Origin: Squalus acanthias
Lineage: Eukaryota
Reading direction: 5' to 3'
Assembly (NCBI GenBank): GCA_030390025.1
Contig: CM059432.1
Location: forward strand, 60,328,001 to 60,392,000
DNA: 64,000 nucleotides
The notes below the pieces were generated by a model. It made no database searches. It was not told the origin of the DNA and worked only from the letters and a program-made list of their open reading frames with translations. Positions within the stretch are counted from its first letter, which is position 1. Every line of letters begins with the position of its first letter. Positions 36,646-48,148 of the stretch are shown one piece after another. The translations under genes and the position numbers were made by a program.

Positions 36646-38457
36646 CTACTTTTTGCCCTTCGAGGGTGATCTCCTTCCCTTGCGCACTTCCCCCCTTCCC
36701 ACCCTACTGCTCCTCTGTAATGGGGCCCCAGTGGCTGCAGCAAGGCTGGTGGAAGGCTGCTGATTGTCAGAACCTGAGACTACAGATGCCCTTGAAGGAC
36801 GGCCTCGACCAGCTCTGGGCCTGGAGGGCCCGGCTGCAGACTGCACCAACTCTGCATGGGCGGCAGCAGTCTGGGCTACAGGTGGTGGCAAGTGCAATGG
36901 GGAAGTGACAGTGGTGGCAGCAGGAATCGTGAGCGAGGACAGCAACTCACTGCTCGACCAACACACTGGCACTCCCATGGGGCAGCACATCAGCATCCGG
37001 AGCAATCTGCTGGAGCACAGATTGCTGGCCTGCTGCGGCACGGTGAGAGCCCTGGGGAAATGTGTCCGAACCAGCGACAATGGCAGCAGTCAGTGCTTGC
37101 GTGTCCTCAATCTGAGTCTGCATGAGAGCAGTCTGACATGGGATCACGGCAGCCAGTGACTGAATTGCAGCACTAAGCATTAGCGTGGCATCCGCCTGTG
37201 CTACAGCGAAGTGCTCCACACTCCTTGCCAGTGCATCAATGCATTCGGGCACCCTTCCCACTGCACCCATGAGCTGAGTGTGCATGTCCACCGCCTGGGT
37301 GTTCATTTCAGCGATGAGCCGCTCCTCCTCTGCGTCCAGTGCAGCAGGACTCGCTGGCCTACTCTCCTTCCGGGGAGAAGGCCCCTGAGCTTCCCTAGCC
37401 ACATCGCGTTGCTGCTGCCCGCTGGGTCCTGGAGCTTCATCCTCATCAGACCCTTCACCCCTGCTCCCCTCCAGGGAAGACGTGTTCCCAGTGTGGGCAT
37501 GGGCTTCCTCAGGAGAGGGTGGCGCTGATGCTCCGGCTTCATCTTCCTCCTCGCCTGCAGCTTCACTCCCACTGGCAGCTTGAGGGCCCGTCTCCTCAGC
37601 TGGTGAATCACCATCTGAAAGCAGGGAGGTACAAGAGTGGCTTTAGCGTGAGGACAGGGGGGCAGTAAGGGAGGAAGGAGTGCAGCGATTTAGTAAGTTG
37701 GATTGAAAGTGTCAAAGGCTGGTGTTGTGAGGGACAAGTGGAATGAGATAGGAGAGAAAGCTGATGACATTACCATTGCTGTCCCGAATGGGGTCGGCCT
37801 CTCCAGTGGCGACGGGACCGATCACCTGGCTTGCCACAATCCTGTGGACGCGCGCCTCAAGATCGCTGAGGGGTTGCAGCTGAGGCCGCCCTCCACCCGT
37901 CTGTTGCTGCTGTCTCCTATTATGAGATAGCTTGGCCTGCAAGAAAAAGGACGGCGTCTGAGTAAATATTCAGCCATGGTCTTGTCTGATGTGCCTCCCA
38001 TAATTGAATAGCCCTTAATGTATGCAGCCATGGTCTTGCCTGATGTGTCTCCCATAGTTGAATAGCCCTTACTGTATGCAAAGTGTGGAATGTGCATGTG
38101 TGTTTCATGAGAGGGCCATAGGTGTTGGATGAGTGTTGGGCATTGGGGTTTTAAGACCCTCTGGCCATAGAGTGAGGTTGAGATGGAGGGATGGAGAGGT
38201 ATTGAAAAAAAGCCACTCACCCTGACGACCCGAGTGAGGTCGTTGAACGTTTTGCGACATTGAGTATGGGTCCTGGGCACTATGCTCCTGGAGGAGACGT
38301 GCTGAGCCACCTGCCTCCACACTCTTCTGTAGTCGCGCGGCAAAGGCCTCCTGCCACTCTCAGGGTAGAGTATAGATCTTCTGCGCTCCACCGCGCCAAC
38401 CAGAGCCTCCAAGGCCCACTCGCTGAAATGCTGAGCTCGTTCTCTCACCCTCTCCAT
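36646..38457 (-). pseudogene. H4 Myb/SANT gene, 3 exons (38457-38221, 37936-37774, 37614-36646)
   Basis: MERVRERAQHFSEWALEALV; exon 2 AKLSHNRRQQQQTGGG; consistent GT-AG phases; frameshift near 36960. Confidence 0.85.
37971..38078. repeat. Tandem duplication, 2 x 54 bp, in H4 Myb intron 1
   Basis: CAGCCATGGTCTTG...GAATAGCCCTTA.TGTATG twice with few mismatches. Confidence 0.85.
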
Positions 38458-39394
38458 AGTCCTTGGCTGGAAAATGTAGTCACAGGTCTCTCCAGGCCGA
38501 GATTCAAGGCTCCAATGAGCAGGGTGTGGCTGGAGAGCAAGATCGACCCTCCCCTTTAAGAACTGTCCGGCGCCAGTGTGTCTGTGTTCCATCGTTAACT
38601 GACATCACCTGCGCTGCGCCCGCGCTCTGAGTTAGCACCTCGCTCCTCGGCCTTTGCGCCTTAAGACAGGTGTGCAGCGCCTGATTTAGCACTCCAATCA
38701 CCTCCAGGGGCGATAAAAGCCAAGTTTGCAGTCGGAGGCGATAATTAGCGCCAGGCGCTAAACTTTGCGCCCGGCCGATAATCGCACCCCAAACGGGGCG
38801 ATACTGAATTTCTCCCCCTCTGTGTTTTGTGTACAAGGACACCCAAATCCCTCTGAAAACCAACATTTAATAGTTTCTGACCATTTAAAAAATATTCTGT
38901 TTTTCTATTCTTCCTACCAAAGTGAATAATCTCACTTTCCCCCACATTATATTCCATCTGCCACCTTCTTGCACATTCACTTAACCTGTCTATATCCCTT
39001 TGCAGGCTCTTTGTGTCTTCCTCACAGCTTACTTTCCCACCTAGCTTTTTATCGTCAGCAAACTTGGATACTTTACACTCAGTCCCTTCATCTAAGTCAT
39101 CAATATAGATTGTAAATAGCTGAGGCCCCAGCACTCATCCTTGCGGCACCCCACTAGTAAACACCTTGCCAACCTGAAATGACCCGTTTATTCCTACTCT
39201 CTGTTTTCTGTCCTTTAACAAATTCTCTATCCATGCTGACATATTACTCCCAATCCCATGAGCCCTTATCTTGTGTAACAACCTTTCATATGGCACCTTA
39301 TTGAATGCATTTTGAAAATCCAAATATACTACATCTACTGGTTCCCCTTTAATTCCTGGGATGGAAACCATCTGGCCCTGGGGATTTGTCACTC

Positions 39395-40140
39395 ATTAGT
39401 GCTTTCTTATGTCCAAAGAGGATGACTTCACACTTTCCCACATTGAACTCCATCTGCCACAATTTTGCCCAATCACTTGATCAATCAATGTCCCTTTGCA
39501 AGTTATTTACTGTGCCACCTTAAAGTTAGCGCTGTCAGCAAATATAAATATGCAGCTCACTATTCCTTCATCTAAGTCATTTATAAATATAGTGAAAAGT
39601 TGAGGTCCCAGCACAGATCGCTGGGGGAAACCCCTAGTCGCATCCTGCCAATTGGAGTGCATACTCATTATCCCTACTCTCTGTCACCTACCATCTCCTA
39701 ACCAATTCCCTATCCAAGCTAATAGGTTGCCTCCAATTCCATGCGCTTTTATTTTTGTTAACAGGCTCTTATGTGGAACTTTGTCGAATGCCTTCTGGAA
39801 GTCCATGTAAGTAACATCCATAGACACCCCCTATCTAGCATGTTAGTTACCTCCTCAAAGAATTCAACTAGGTTCTTTAGACATGACTTACCCTTTACAA
39901 ATCAGAGCTAGCTCTCTCTGATCAGTTCATATTTGTCCAAATGCTCTGTCACTCTGTCCCTAATAACAGATTCTAGTAACTTCGCCACAATGGATGTTAG
40001 ACTAATAGGTCTATAATTTCCTAGTTTATCTCTCCTACCTTTCTTAAATAATGGAGTGATATTGGCAATTTTCCAATCCAAGGGGACAATTCATGAATCG
40101 ATGATCATGGTAACGCATCAACAATTTCTGCACCTACTTG
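39395..40140 (-). mobile_element. Degenerate CR1 RT fragment
   Basis: Similar to the reverse complement of 9250-9960. Confidence 0.75.
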
Positions 40141-40477
40141 TACTTATGTCCCCCTGCCGCACAGGTGTGGTTTAGATTGATTTCGTGCCTCATTTAAAAA
40201 AGAATATTTTTTAATCCTCTTACGTAATATGGGGGGGAAAGTACCTACCTTGGATATGATCTTCCTCATTCTTTGACTGAAAGTTATCCTGCACATATCT
40301 CAGAATAGATCTATTAAGCAAGCTAAAAAATCAAGGACACAGTACCATGGCAAACTTTGTTTGTATTATTCTCCCTGTAGGTATATGATTTCCCTCCCCT
40401 ACTCTCACATTGCATTAAGCAAACGACTAAATAGCAGAAATGGGTTAAAGAAAGAATGACAGGGCAGAGTACTTCTA

Positions 40478-40968
40478 CGGGAAAAAATTTGTTAGCTCCA
40501 CTTCCTTCTTAGAGCGCTAACCCTGAATATCGGGGTAGTACGTTCTGCAGCGCTAAGCACTGGGCCAAGTAGCACTGCTGCATGGAAGGGCTTTTCCCCT
40601 CATTAAAGGGAAGGGCCCAAGCCCACAACTCCGCGGGGCCCTAGCTGGACCACCGGGGAGCGGGGTGCCGTGCCAGCAACCGGCACACAAGAGGAGTGCC
40701 GGGCTGCCAGATTGCGGCACGGACCCCGCATTCAAAGAGGCAACGGGCCGCCACAAGTAAGTCAGCCGATTTTTTATCCCCGCCCGCGAGCCTCCTGTCG
40801 CTCCATTCCCAACCCCTGAATAGGACGCTGTCATCGCCTGGCGCAAACTCCTGCTGAATTTAGCGGGAGTCGTTAGCGGCGCCCCGCCTGGGTGAAAAGT
40901 CATTTGTGCCCCGTTAGTGCCCCCCTGGGGCCCTAAAGAGAGGCGCAAATGCACCGAATTTATAGCCC
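40478..40968. mobile_element. GC-rich Harbinger-type MITE
   Basis: Ends CGGGAAAAAATTT / GAATTTATAGCCC; TSD CTA; right end resembles H1 and H4 termini. Confidence 0.7.
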
Positions 40969-42249
40969 CTAATCTTTTAAGAGATGCCGGGCCAATTTTT
41001 GTCTTCATAGTGCTCCAAATCGGGGCATTGATTTCTACTGGTTTTGGGCCCTACTTAGTATTCCAGTTGGGCCTGAAACTGGTGTCTGAAGCTCCCAATT
41101 AGGAACTTCATTTGTGTATGTAAAATGGGGTCTGGAAGGACTGTGCACTATTTTCCACCCCACAGGTGTGCTGGACGCCGAGCCCCAACATATCCATGGA
41201 AACCTGGTGGTAAAGAGACTTCGGGTGGACCTGCAGGTGGTGTGAGGGCCTTTAGAAGGTCCACAGATTTTAAAAGTAAATGGATAAGGCCTTTAAAAGG
41301 CCCATCTATTGTTTACCCAACTGGCACTTAGGTTTTCATAAGTTTTTGTGCCAGTTGCTGTTATTTTCTTTGCCCTGAGCTCTGTTTATGGGCACCAGAG
41401 GCTTTACCACTAGAGATCCTCCAAGCTGACATGCTCAGAGGAAGAGGACGAGCTGCAGTGGGATGTAAGGCACATCAGGTTGCCCTTCCGCTGGGACCCG
41501 AACCCCCACATCTGCAGAGAGGTAACATATCTCACTTTGTTGGTGGAGGCTTCTCTTTCCAAAGTCAGCTGTGCTAGCAGACCTCTGGTGGCACCACTAT
41601 GAGTTGTGAATATCTGATCAATCCTTACATTGGAAGGTTCTAAGGAAGCATCCCAGTCACGGTATACCGTGCTTTACATGGTACTGCATGAAAGAAGGCA
41701 TGTCAAGGTGATCAGGAGCCAGGTTTTCTGTTTGGCCGCACCTGTCAAGATGCCACCAACCATTTCTGCGTGCTCTGAAAAACCTAACTGGAAATAACTG
41801 TGGTAACCTGCCTTCTCAAGGTCTGATTCAGCAGAGGGGCAGATACTCAGCTCTGTCACCTCCTGCAAGAACCTGTGGGATCCTGCAGCATAGAACTCGC
41901 ATATATGCAGGGACATTAACAGATGTGGCCTGAAACTTGTCCGCACTTTCTGGGAGGTACATTGCAATGATGACCTATGGGAGCTGCGGTGGAGTAACAC
42001 AGAGGAAAACCCTCCATGCAAGCATAACACGCAGCACCACCTCGAATTCAACAGCCATGAAAGAGATAGGGTTCTGGGCTGCATTGTCACCTGTCTAAAG
42101 ACACATGCTTGCACTTAGGAGTTTGTTTCCCTTCATTCTAGCCTGCCACTTCTTATTCCCCACCCACTCAGCTTTGATAAAGGTTACTGATGGGTTGAGA
42201 TGCTGTCTAACGCTCTCTAGAAACTTTTTACATTTTTGTCCCTCTCCTT

Positions 42250-45200
42250 GTGACACTTTATAGGCCTCCAAACAGTAGTTGTAATGTAGGGCAGAGTATA
42301 AATCAGGAAATTAGAGGCGCATGTAACAAGGGTAATACAGTAATCATGGGGGACTTAAATCTACATAACCAAATTTGCAGTAATAGTGTGGAGGACGAAC
42401 TCATGGAATGTATGCAAGATAGTTTTCCAGATCAGTATGTTGAGGAACCAACGAGGGAGCAGGCTATTTTAGATCTAGTATTGTGCAACGAAAAAGGGTT
42501 AATTAATAACCTTGTAGTAAAGGGGCCTTTAGGGAAGAGTGACCATAATATGATAGAATTTTATATTGCGTTTGAAAGTGATTTAGTTAAATCCGAAACT
42601 AGGGTCTTCAATCTAAACAAAGCAAACTACGTCGGGGCGAATTGGCTACGGTAGATTGGGAAACTACATTAAAAGGTATTACAGTGGACGAGCAATGGCT
42701 AGCATTTAAAGAATTAATACATAATTTATAACAAATATACATTCCTTGAAGGCACAAAAACCCCACAGGAAAAGTGGTCCAACCGTGGCTAACAAGAGAA
42801 GTTAAAGATAGTATTAGATCAAAGGAAGAGGCTTATAATGTTGCCAAAAAGAGCAGTAAGCATGAGGATTGGGAGGATTTTAGAATTTAGCAAAGGAGGA
42901 CCAAGAAATTGATGAAGAAAGGGAAAATAGTAAATGAGAGTAAACTAGCAAGAGACATAAAAACCAACTGTAAAAGCTTCTATAGGTATATAAAAAGAAA
43001 AAGATTAGCAAAAGTAAATGTGGGTCCCTTACAGGCTGAGACCGGAGAAATTATAATGGGAAATAAGGAAATGGCAGAGAAATTAAACAAATACTTTGGC
43101 CGAGATTTTGATTGAGAAGGCGGGTTGACGGCGGGCCTGCTGGTTGACATCTTCCCGACGCGCCCGGTTGCTGTCGCCCCACAGATGAGATTTTACGTTG
43201 ATTGGCCTCGTTACGGCCGACGTGCGGGTCCCTCCAGGCAATTGCTTGGAGCGTGTCAGATGCTTGCGTATGATGACGCGTTGATTCAGTAAAGATTTAA
43301 AGGGGCCATGTCCCCTTTGCAGAAGCATTAACTTTTTTCTCTCAGAAGTGCTGGCTGCTGCAGGAATGGCAGCGCAAAAAAGCTAAGGCTGCACCCAGGT
43401 TCAATGAGGGCATCCTCAATGCTCTTGTGGAGGGAGCTGGAGGACGTCAGGCGGTCCTCTTCCCTGGAAACGGAAGGAGGAGGCCTCCTCAGCAAACCAA
43501 GGCAGCTTGGCTGCAAATTGCTGAGGAGGTGAGTACAAGGTCAGTGTGTCGAAAAAGGTTTAATGCTCTGTTGAGATCAGCTAAAGTGAGTATAACATCA
43601 CACTTACCTTCAATCTGCCTTCCATCTCTTATCATCCCCATCAATCTGCATTGGGAACCTTCCCCTGCACATCCCAACTCACTGTAACATCCCTTGCACC
43701 CTCACCCGTCCCTCTCTTTCTCTGTACAGAATCACATCCCCATCTTGATCTGCAACACTCACACCCTTATGCAATGCCTACAACTTAAAATGCACAGGGA
43801 GGGAAGATGGTTAGTGCACCTCACTCCTTCACAGTCTGCCTCTAAATATCTATGTCATGCATTCTTAACACTCACTCCATCAGTCTCTCTCAAACTCCAC
43901 TTGTGTCCCTCACTACAGGAGAAGAGAGCCCACAATAAAAGGGAGAGGCGGAGGACAGGAGGAGGACCACCATCCCTGGCTCACCTTACGGCCGCTGAGG
44001 AGCCAGCCCTGGAGATCGCTGGAGATGCAGAGGAGTTGGCAGTGGGGGACGGAGAGATGGGCGTAGAACAGCAAGCTGGTGAGAGAATTGATTTCCATCC
44101 CTCTGATTTAGTAATCATGAGTGACTAATATGGGATATGATGTTCATAGAGAATGAGTACTGAGCATCTGCACAATGCCATGTATGTGCAACCTACATTT
44201 CACTTGACTAACGCATGCAGTTACTGCCCCACAGGACCATCGAGAGCCCCGCTCCCCACTGTACAGGAGGAAGAGCAGGAGCACTCCTCAGAGGAGCCCC
44301 CAGCCTCTGAGGGAGCAGTGTCACTAGCACTCAGCGCACCCAGCATCAGCGCAGAGACGCACACCTTGGTGGGTTTTGTGTGAGATAGAGTAGTGTTGTC
44401 ACCTGGTGTATCACAGCTCACAGGTGAGCAGGAGCAGATGTTGGAGGCAGGGACAGCAGTGGAGAGTCCTCGTCGGAGGACGCTGGGCTCTCCAAGCTCT
44501 GCTCAGCTGCATGTAGACGCTGGCCCTCTGGGGCCATCCAGGAGAGCCGTGCTGGAGCTTCAGGAACAAGTGCAGGAGGCTCTGAGTGGGTTTTTTCCAC
44601 GGTAACTGCGAGTGTGCAGAGAAGGGAGGAATCCAAGCTAAGCATGAGCAATGCCGTGGTGAACGCTATGGCCAATATATCTGCTGCAATGGAAAGGATG
44701 GCAACCTCCACGGAGCACATAAATTGACAGACTCAGGAGAGCATGGTAACACTTCTAAATAGATGGTCATCCCTTGCCACTGCCGAGCCCTCGGTCAGAG
44801 CCCCATCTGCCTGAGGGAACAGAAATGGTTGAGTCTGCCCCTGTACAGCCGCAGGAGAAGCAGACTTTGGCGGGGCCCTCGAAGGCTCCCAAAACCAGAG
44901 AACAGCCACCAAAGGTGTCCAAGCAGGAGCAGCAGGGAAGTGAGCACCCTGACGCCATATCTGCTGAAGCCACAGGGGTGTCACAACGTAGAAGCACACG
45001 TAAGAGAAAGATGTCACGTTAGTTATCACATGGGTTCTCACTTCGGTGGTATGATATAATTATTTGAAAAGTTTTTGTTCATAGCGATGTTTGTAATAAA
45101 TTTATGTTGAACCAAGGTTTGGCATCGTTGTGGTGACAACTTGAGGTGGCACAGTTCAGGCTAAGTGCGCCTTTAAATTCCAGCAATGCTGGTTACAGTG

Positions 45201-47430
45201 CATCTATAGTGCCCAACACAGACTCGCAGAATAAAAACAAAATCTGCACCCCAAATGACTCAATCACCAAGCTTAGAGATTTCTAAATGACAAAATTTGA
45301 GAGTGCAGCTTTTACACTTCAGTTGCAGCTCCGAAGTCTGCAGCTTGCTGGTGTTCACGCCACACTTACCTGGTGTGTTGTCCGGACGTCATAAAACCCG
45401 ACCCGGAATTGTAAAATCAAACAAGACCCTGAAAATTGCTCACAAGTACCTGTTAATTGGCAGTTAATTGCCTTTAATCTGTTTCCCGCCGCTAGGTGCC
45501 GGGTCCATTCGCAAATTGGGGACCCGACACTTGGGAAGGTTGTGTGGAGGCGGGATGACGGCAGGTTCCGAACCCGCCATCAATCAAAATGAATTTAACC
45601 TCTGACCCGCATCCAAACCCGCCCTCTGAGCATTGGCAAATTCGCGGCCTTTGTGTCTGTCTTCACGGAAGAAGACACAAAAACTTCTCGGAATTAGTGG
45701 AGAACCAAGGGTCTAGCGAGAATGAGGAACTGAAAGAAGTTAGTATTCGTAAAAAAGTAGTACAGGAGAAAATAATGGGACTGAAAGCCGATAAATCCCC
45801 TGGACCTGATGGCCTACATCCTAGGGTTTTGAAGGAGGTGGCTACAGAGATAGTGGATCCATTGGTTGTCATCTTCCAAAATTCCATAGATTCTAGAATG
45901 GTTCCCGCGGATTGGAAGGTAGCAAATGTAACCCCACTATTTAAGAAAGGAGGGAGAGAGAAAACAGGGAACTACAGACCAGTTAGCCTGACATCAGTAG
46001 TAGGGAAAATGCTAGAATCTATTATTAAGGACGTGGTAACAGGGCACTTAGAAAATAATAAAAGGATTGGGCAGAGTCAACACGGATTTATGAAAGGGAA
46101 ATCATGTTTGGCAAATCTGTTAGAATTTTTTGAGGTTGTAACTAGCAGAATCGATAAGGGAGAACCAGTGGATGTGGTGTATTTGGATTTTCAGAAGGCA
46201 TTCGATAAGGTGCCACACAAGAGGTTATTAAACAAAATTAGGGTTCAAGGGATTGGGGGTAATATACTAGCATGGATTGAGGATTGGTTAACGGACAGAA
46301 AACAGAGAGTAGGAATAAACGGGTCATTTTCAGGTTGGCAGGCTGTAACTAGTGGGGTACCGCAAGGATCAGTGCTTGGGCCTCAGCTATTCACAATCTA
46401 CTTCAATGATTTGGATGAGGGGACCAAATGTAATATATCCAAGTTTGCTGATGATACAAAGCTGAGTGGGAATGTAAGTTGTGAGGAGGATGCAAGGAGG
46501 CTTCAAGGGGATATAGACAGGCTAAGTGAGTGGGCAAGAACATGGCAAATGGAATATAATGTGGAGAAATGTGAAGTTATCCACTTTGGTAGGAAAAATA
46601 GAAAGGCAGAGTATGTTTTAAATGCTGAGAGATTGGGAAATGTTGGTGTTCAGAGGGACCTGGGTGTCCTTGTACACGAATCACTGAAAGTTAACATGCA
46701 GGTACGGCAAGCAATTAGGAAAGCAAATGGTATGTTGGCCTTCATTACAAGAGGATTTGAGTATAAGAGTAAAGACGTCTTACTGCAATTATATAAGGCC
46801 CTGGTGAGACCACACCTGGAGTATTGTGTACAGTTTTGGGCTCCTTACCTAAGGAAGGATATACTTGCCATAGAGGGAGTGCAACGAAGGTGCACCACAC
46901 CAGACTGGTTCCTCAAATGCAACACATTTGCTGTTGTAGGTATGGGATAACATTTTGCACATCTACTGACCTTGTGACTGTCCTGTGAGGAGAGATTGAG
47001 TAGACTAGGCCTATATTCTCTAGAGTTTAGAAGAATGAGAGGTGATCTCATTGAAACATACAAAATTCTTACAGGGCTTGACAGGTAGATGCAGGGAGGA
47101 TGTTGCCCCTGGCTGGGGAATCTAGAACCAGGGGTCATAGTCTCAGAATAAGGGGTTGATCATTTAGGACTGAGATGAGGAAACATTTATTCACTCAGAA
47201 GGTGGTGAATCTTTGGAATTCTGTACCCCAGAGGGCTGTGGAGGCTCAGTCATTGAGTATATTCAAGGTAGAGAGCGATAGATTTTTGAATGTTAAGGGA
47301 ATCAAGGGATATGGGAATAGTGCAGAAAAGTGGAGTTGAGGTAGAAGATTAGCCATGATCTTATTGAATGGCAGAGCAGGCTCGAAGGGCCAAATGGTCT
47401 ACTCCTGCTCTTATTTCTTATGTTCTTATG
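42250..47430 (+). mobile_element. CR1 with most of ORF2 (endonuclease + RT), split by Harbinger H6
   Basis: YRPP, SDHN, KSPGPDG, YRPVSL, LDFQKAFD, GVPQGS, FADD; rejoins LNKYF|VSVFT across H6; TTCTTATG tail. Confidence 0.92.
43098..45649. mobile_element. Harbinger H6, Myb gene only (+, 43366-45022), no transposase
   Basis: Ends GGCCGAGATTTTG / CAAATTCGCGGCC; TSD TTT; PPQQTKAAWLQIAEEV, EKRAHNKRERRRTGGG. Confidence 0.88.
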
Positions 47431-47983
47431 TACTCCCATTTGATTGTCCCTTCCCCTTTACATTTAACTTAAACACCATTTTGCTCTACCAGTGGTGCCA
47501 TCCTTAGATCCACCCAAATTTTCAACTAGAGTTGCGAATAACTATGCAAATGAGGTTAGACTGGAAAATTGCCATTTGAGATTCAGGTAGGCGTTTAAGC
47601 AGTGCAAATAAAATTAGAACTGATTTACACCTAAAAATAAAAATCAGCCCACCATCATTTTTGTATTCTGTTTTTGGGCCACAGAGACTGCCACTTCGCA
47701 TTCAAATTCCCACCCCAAGCTTCAGAAATGATTGAGGTTGCCGACATCACTCATGCATCCTGCAGTGACTCCACTGATTTTGTCAGGAACCATTGGGCTC
47801 GATTTTAATAGCCCTCTGGAGGCAGGTTTGGAGGCTGGTCTGTCGCGAAAATCGGAAAAATATGGCTTCAGACACCTAACCCGCCTCCATCCCGCCACCA
47901 CCCGATTATCGTGAGTGTCTGTTTAGCCGCTCCCAAACTGAGCCGACTGGAACCGGTGGGACAGGTAGTTAAGGCAGTTAACA

Positions 47984-48148
47984 CGATCGCAAAATACTGC
48001 GGATGCTGGAAATCCGAAATAACAACAGAAAACGCTGCAAAAACTCAGCAGGCCAGGCAGCATCCGTGGAGAGAGAAACAGAGTTAACGTTTCAGGTCGA
48101 AGACCTTTCGTCAGAACCGCTGAGTTTTTCCAGCGTTTTCTGTTGTTA
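47984..48148. mobile_element. 165-bp PLE-derived fold-back insertion
   Basis: TSD TTAAGGCAGTTAACA (47969-47983, 48149-48163); 32-bp inverted arms 48018-48049 / 48119-48150. Confidence 0.88.
48083..48117 (-). ncRNA. Minimal hammerhead ribozyme motif
   Basis: GTT-CTGACGA-A-AGGTC-ttc-GACCT-GAAA-CGTT-AAC on the minus strand. Confidence 0.85.

Larger units (their letters stand above)
34655..38818. mobile_element. Full-length Harbinger H4
   Basis: Ends GGGGGAAGAAGTCGGT / ACTGAATTTCTCCCCC; TSD TCT; CpG-rich subterminal regions. Confidence 0.92.
30592..39348 (-). mobile_element. CR1 split by a LINE (31230-34638) and by Harbinger H4
   Basis: Removing both inserts rejoins TGCTGTACC|TGCATGTTAACTTTCT|GTGTTTTGTGTACAAGG, matching the CR1 at 46670-46710. 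Confidence 0.85.
40989..47650. mobile_element. Old Harbinger H5, interrupted by a CR1 (42250-47430)
   Basis: Ends GGGCCAATTTTTGTC / ATAAAAATCAGCCC; TSD GCC/ACC; faint transposase remnant on - (EFYAAGS, QEVTEL). Confidence 0.6.

Noticed and set aside
40249..40310. AG...GT exon-like segment on the minus strand (SILRYVQDNFQSKNEEDHIQ)
   Set aside because: Phases do not fit the 0-0 junction between exons 55047 and 27878
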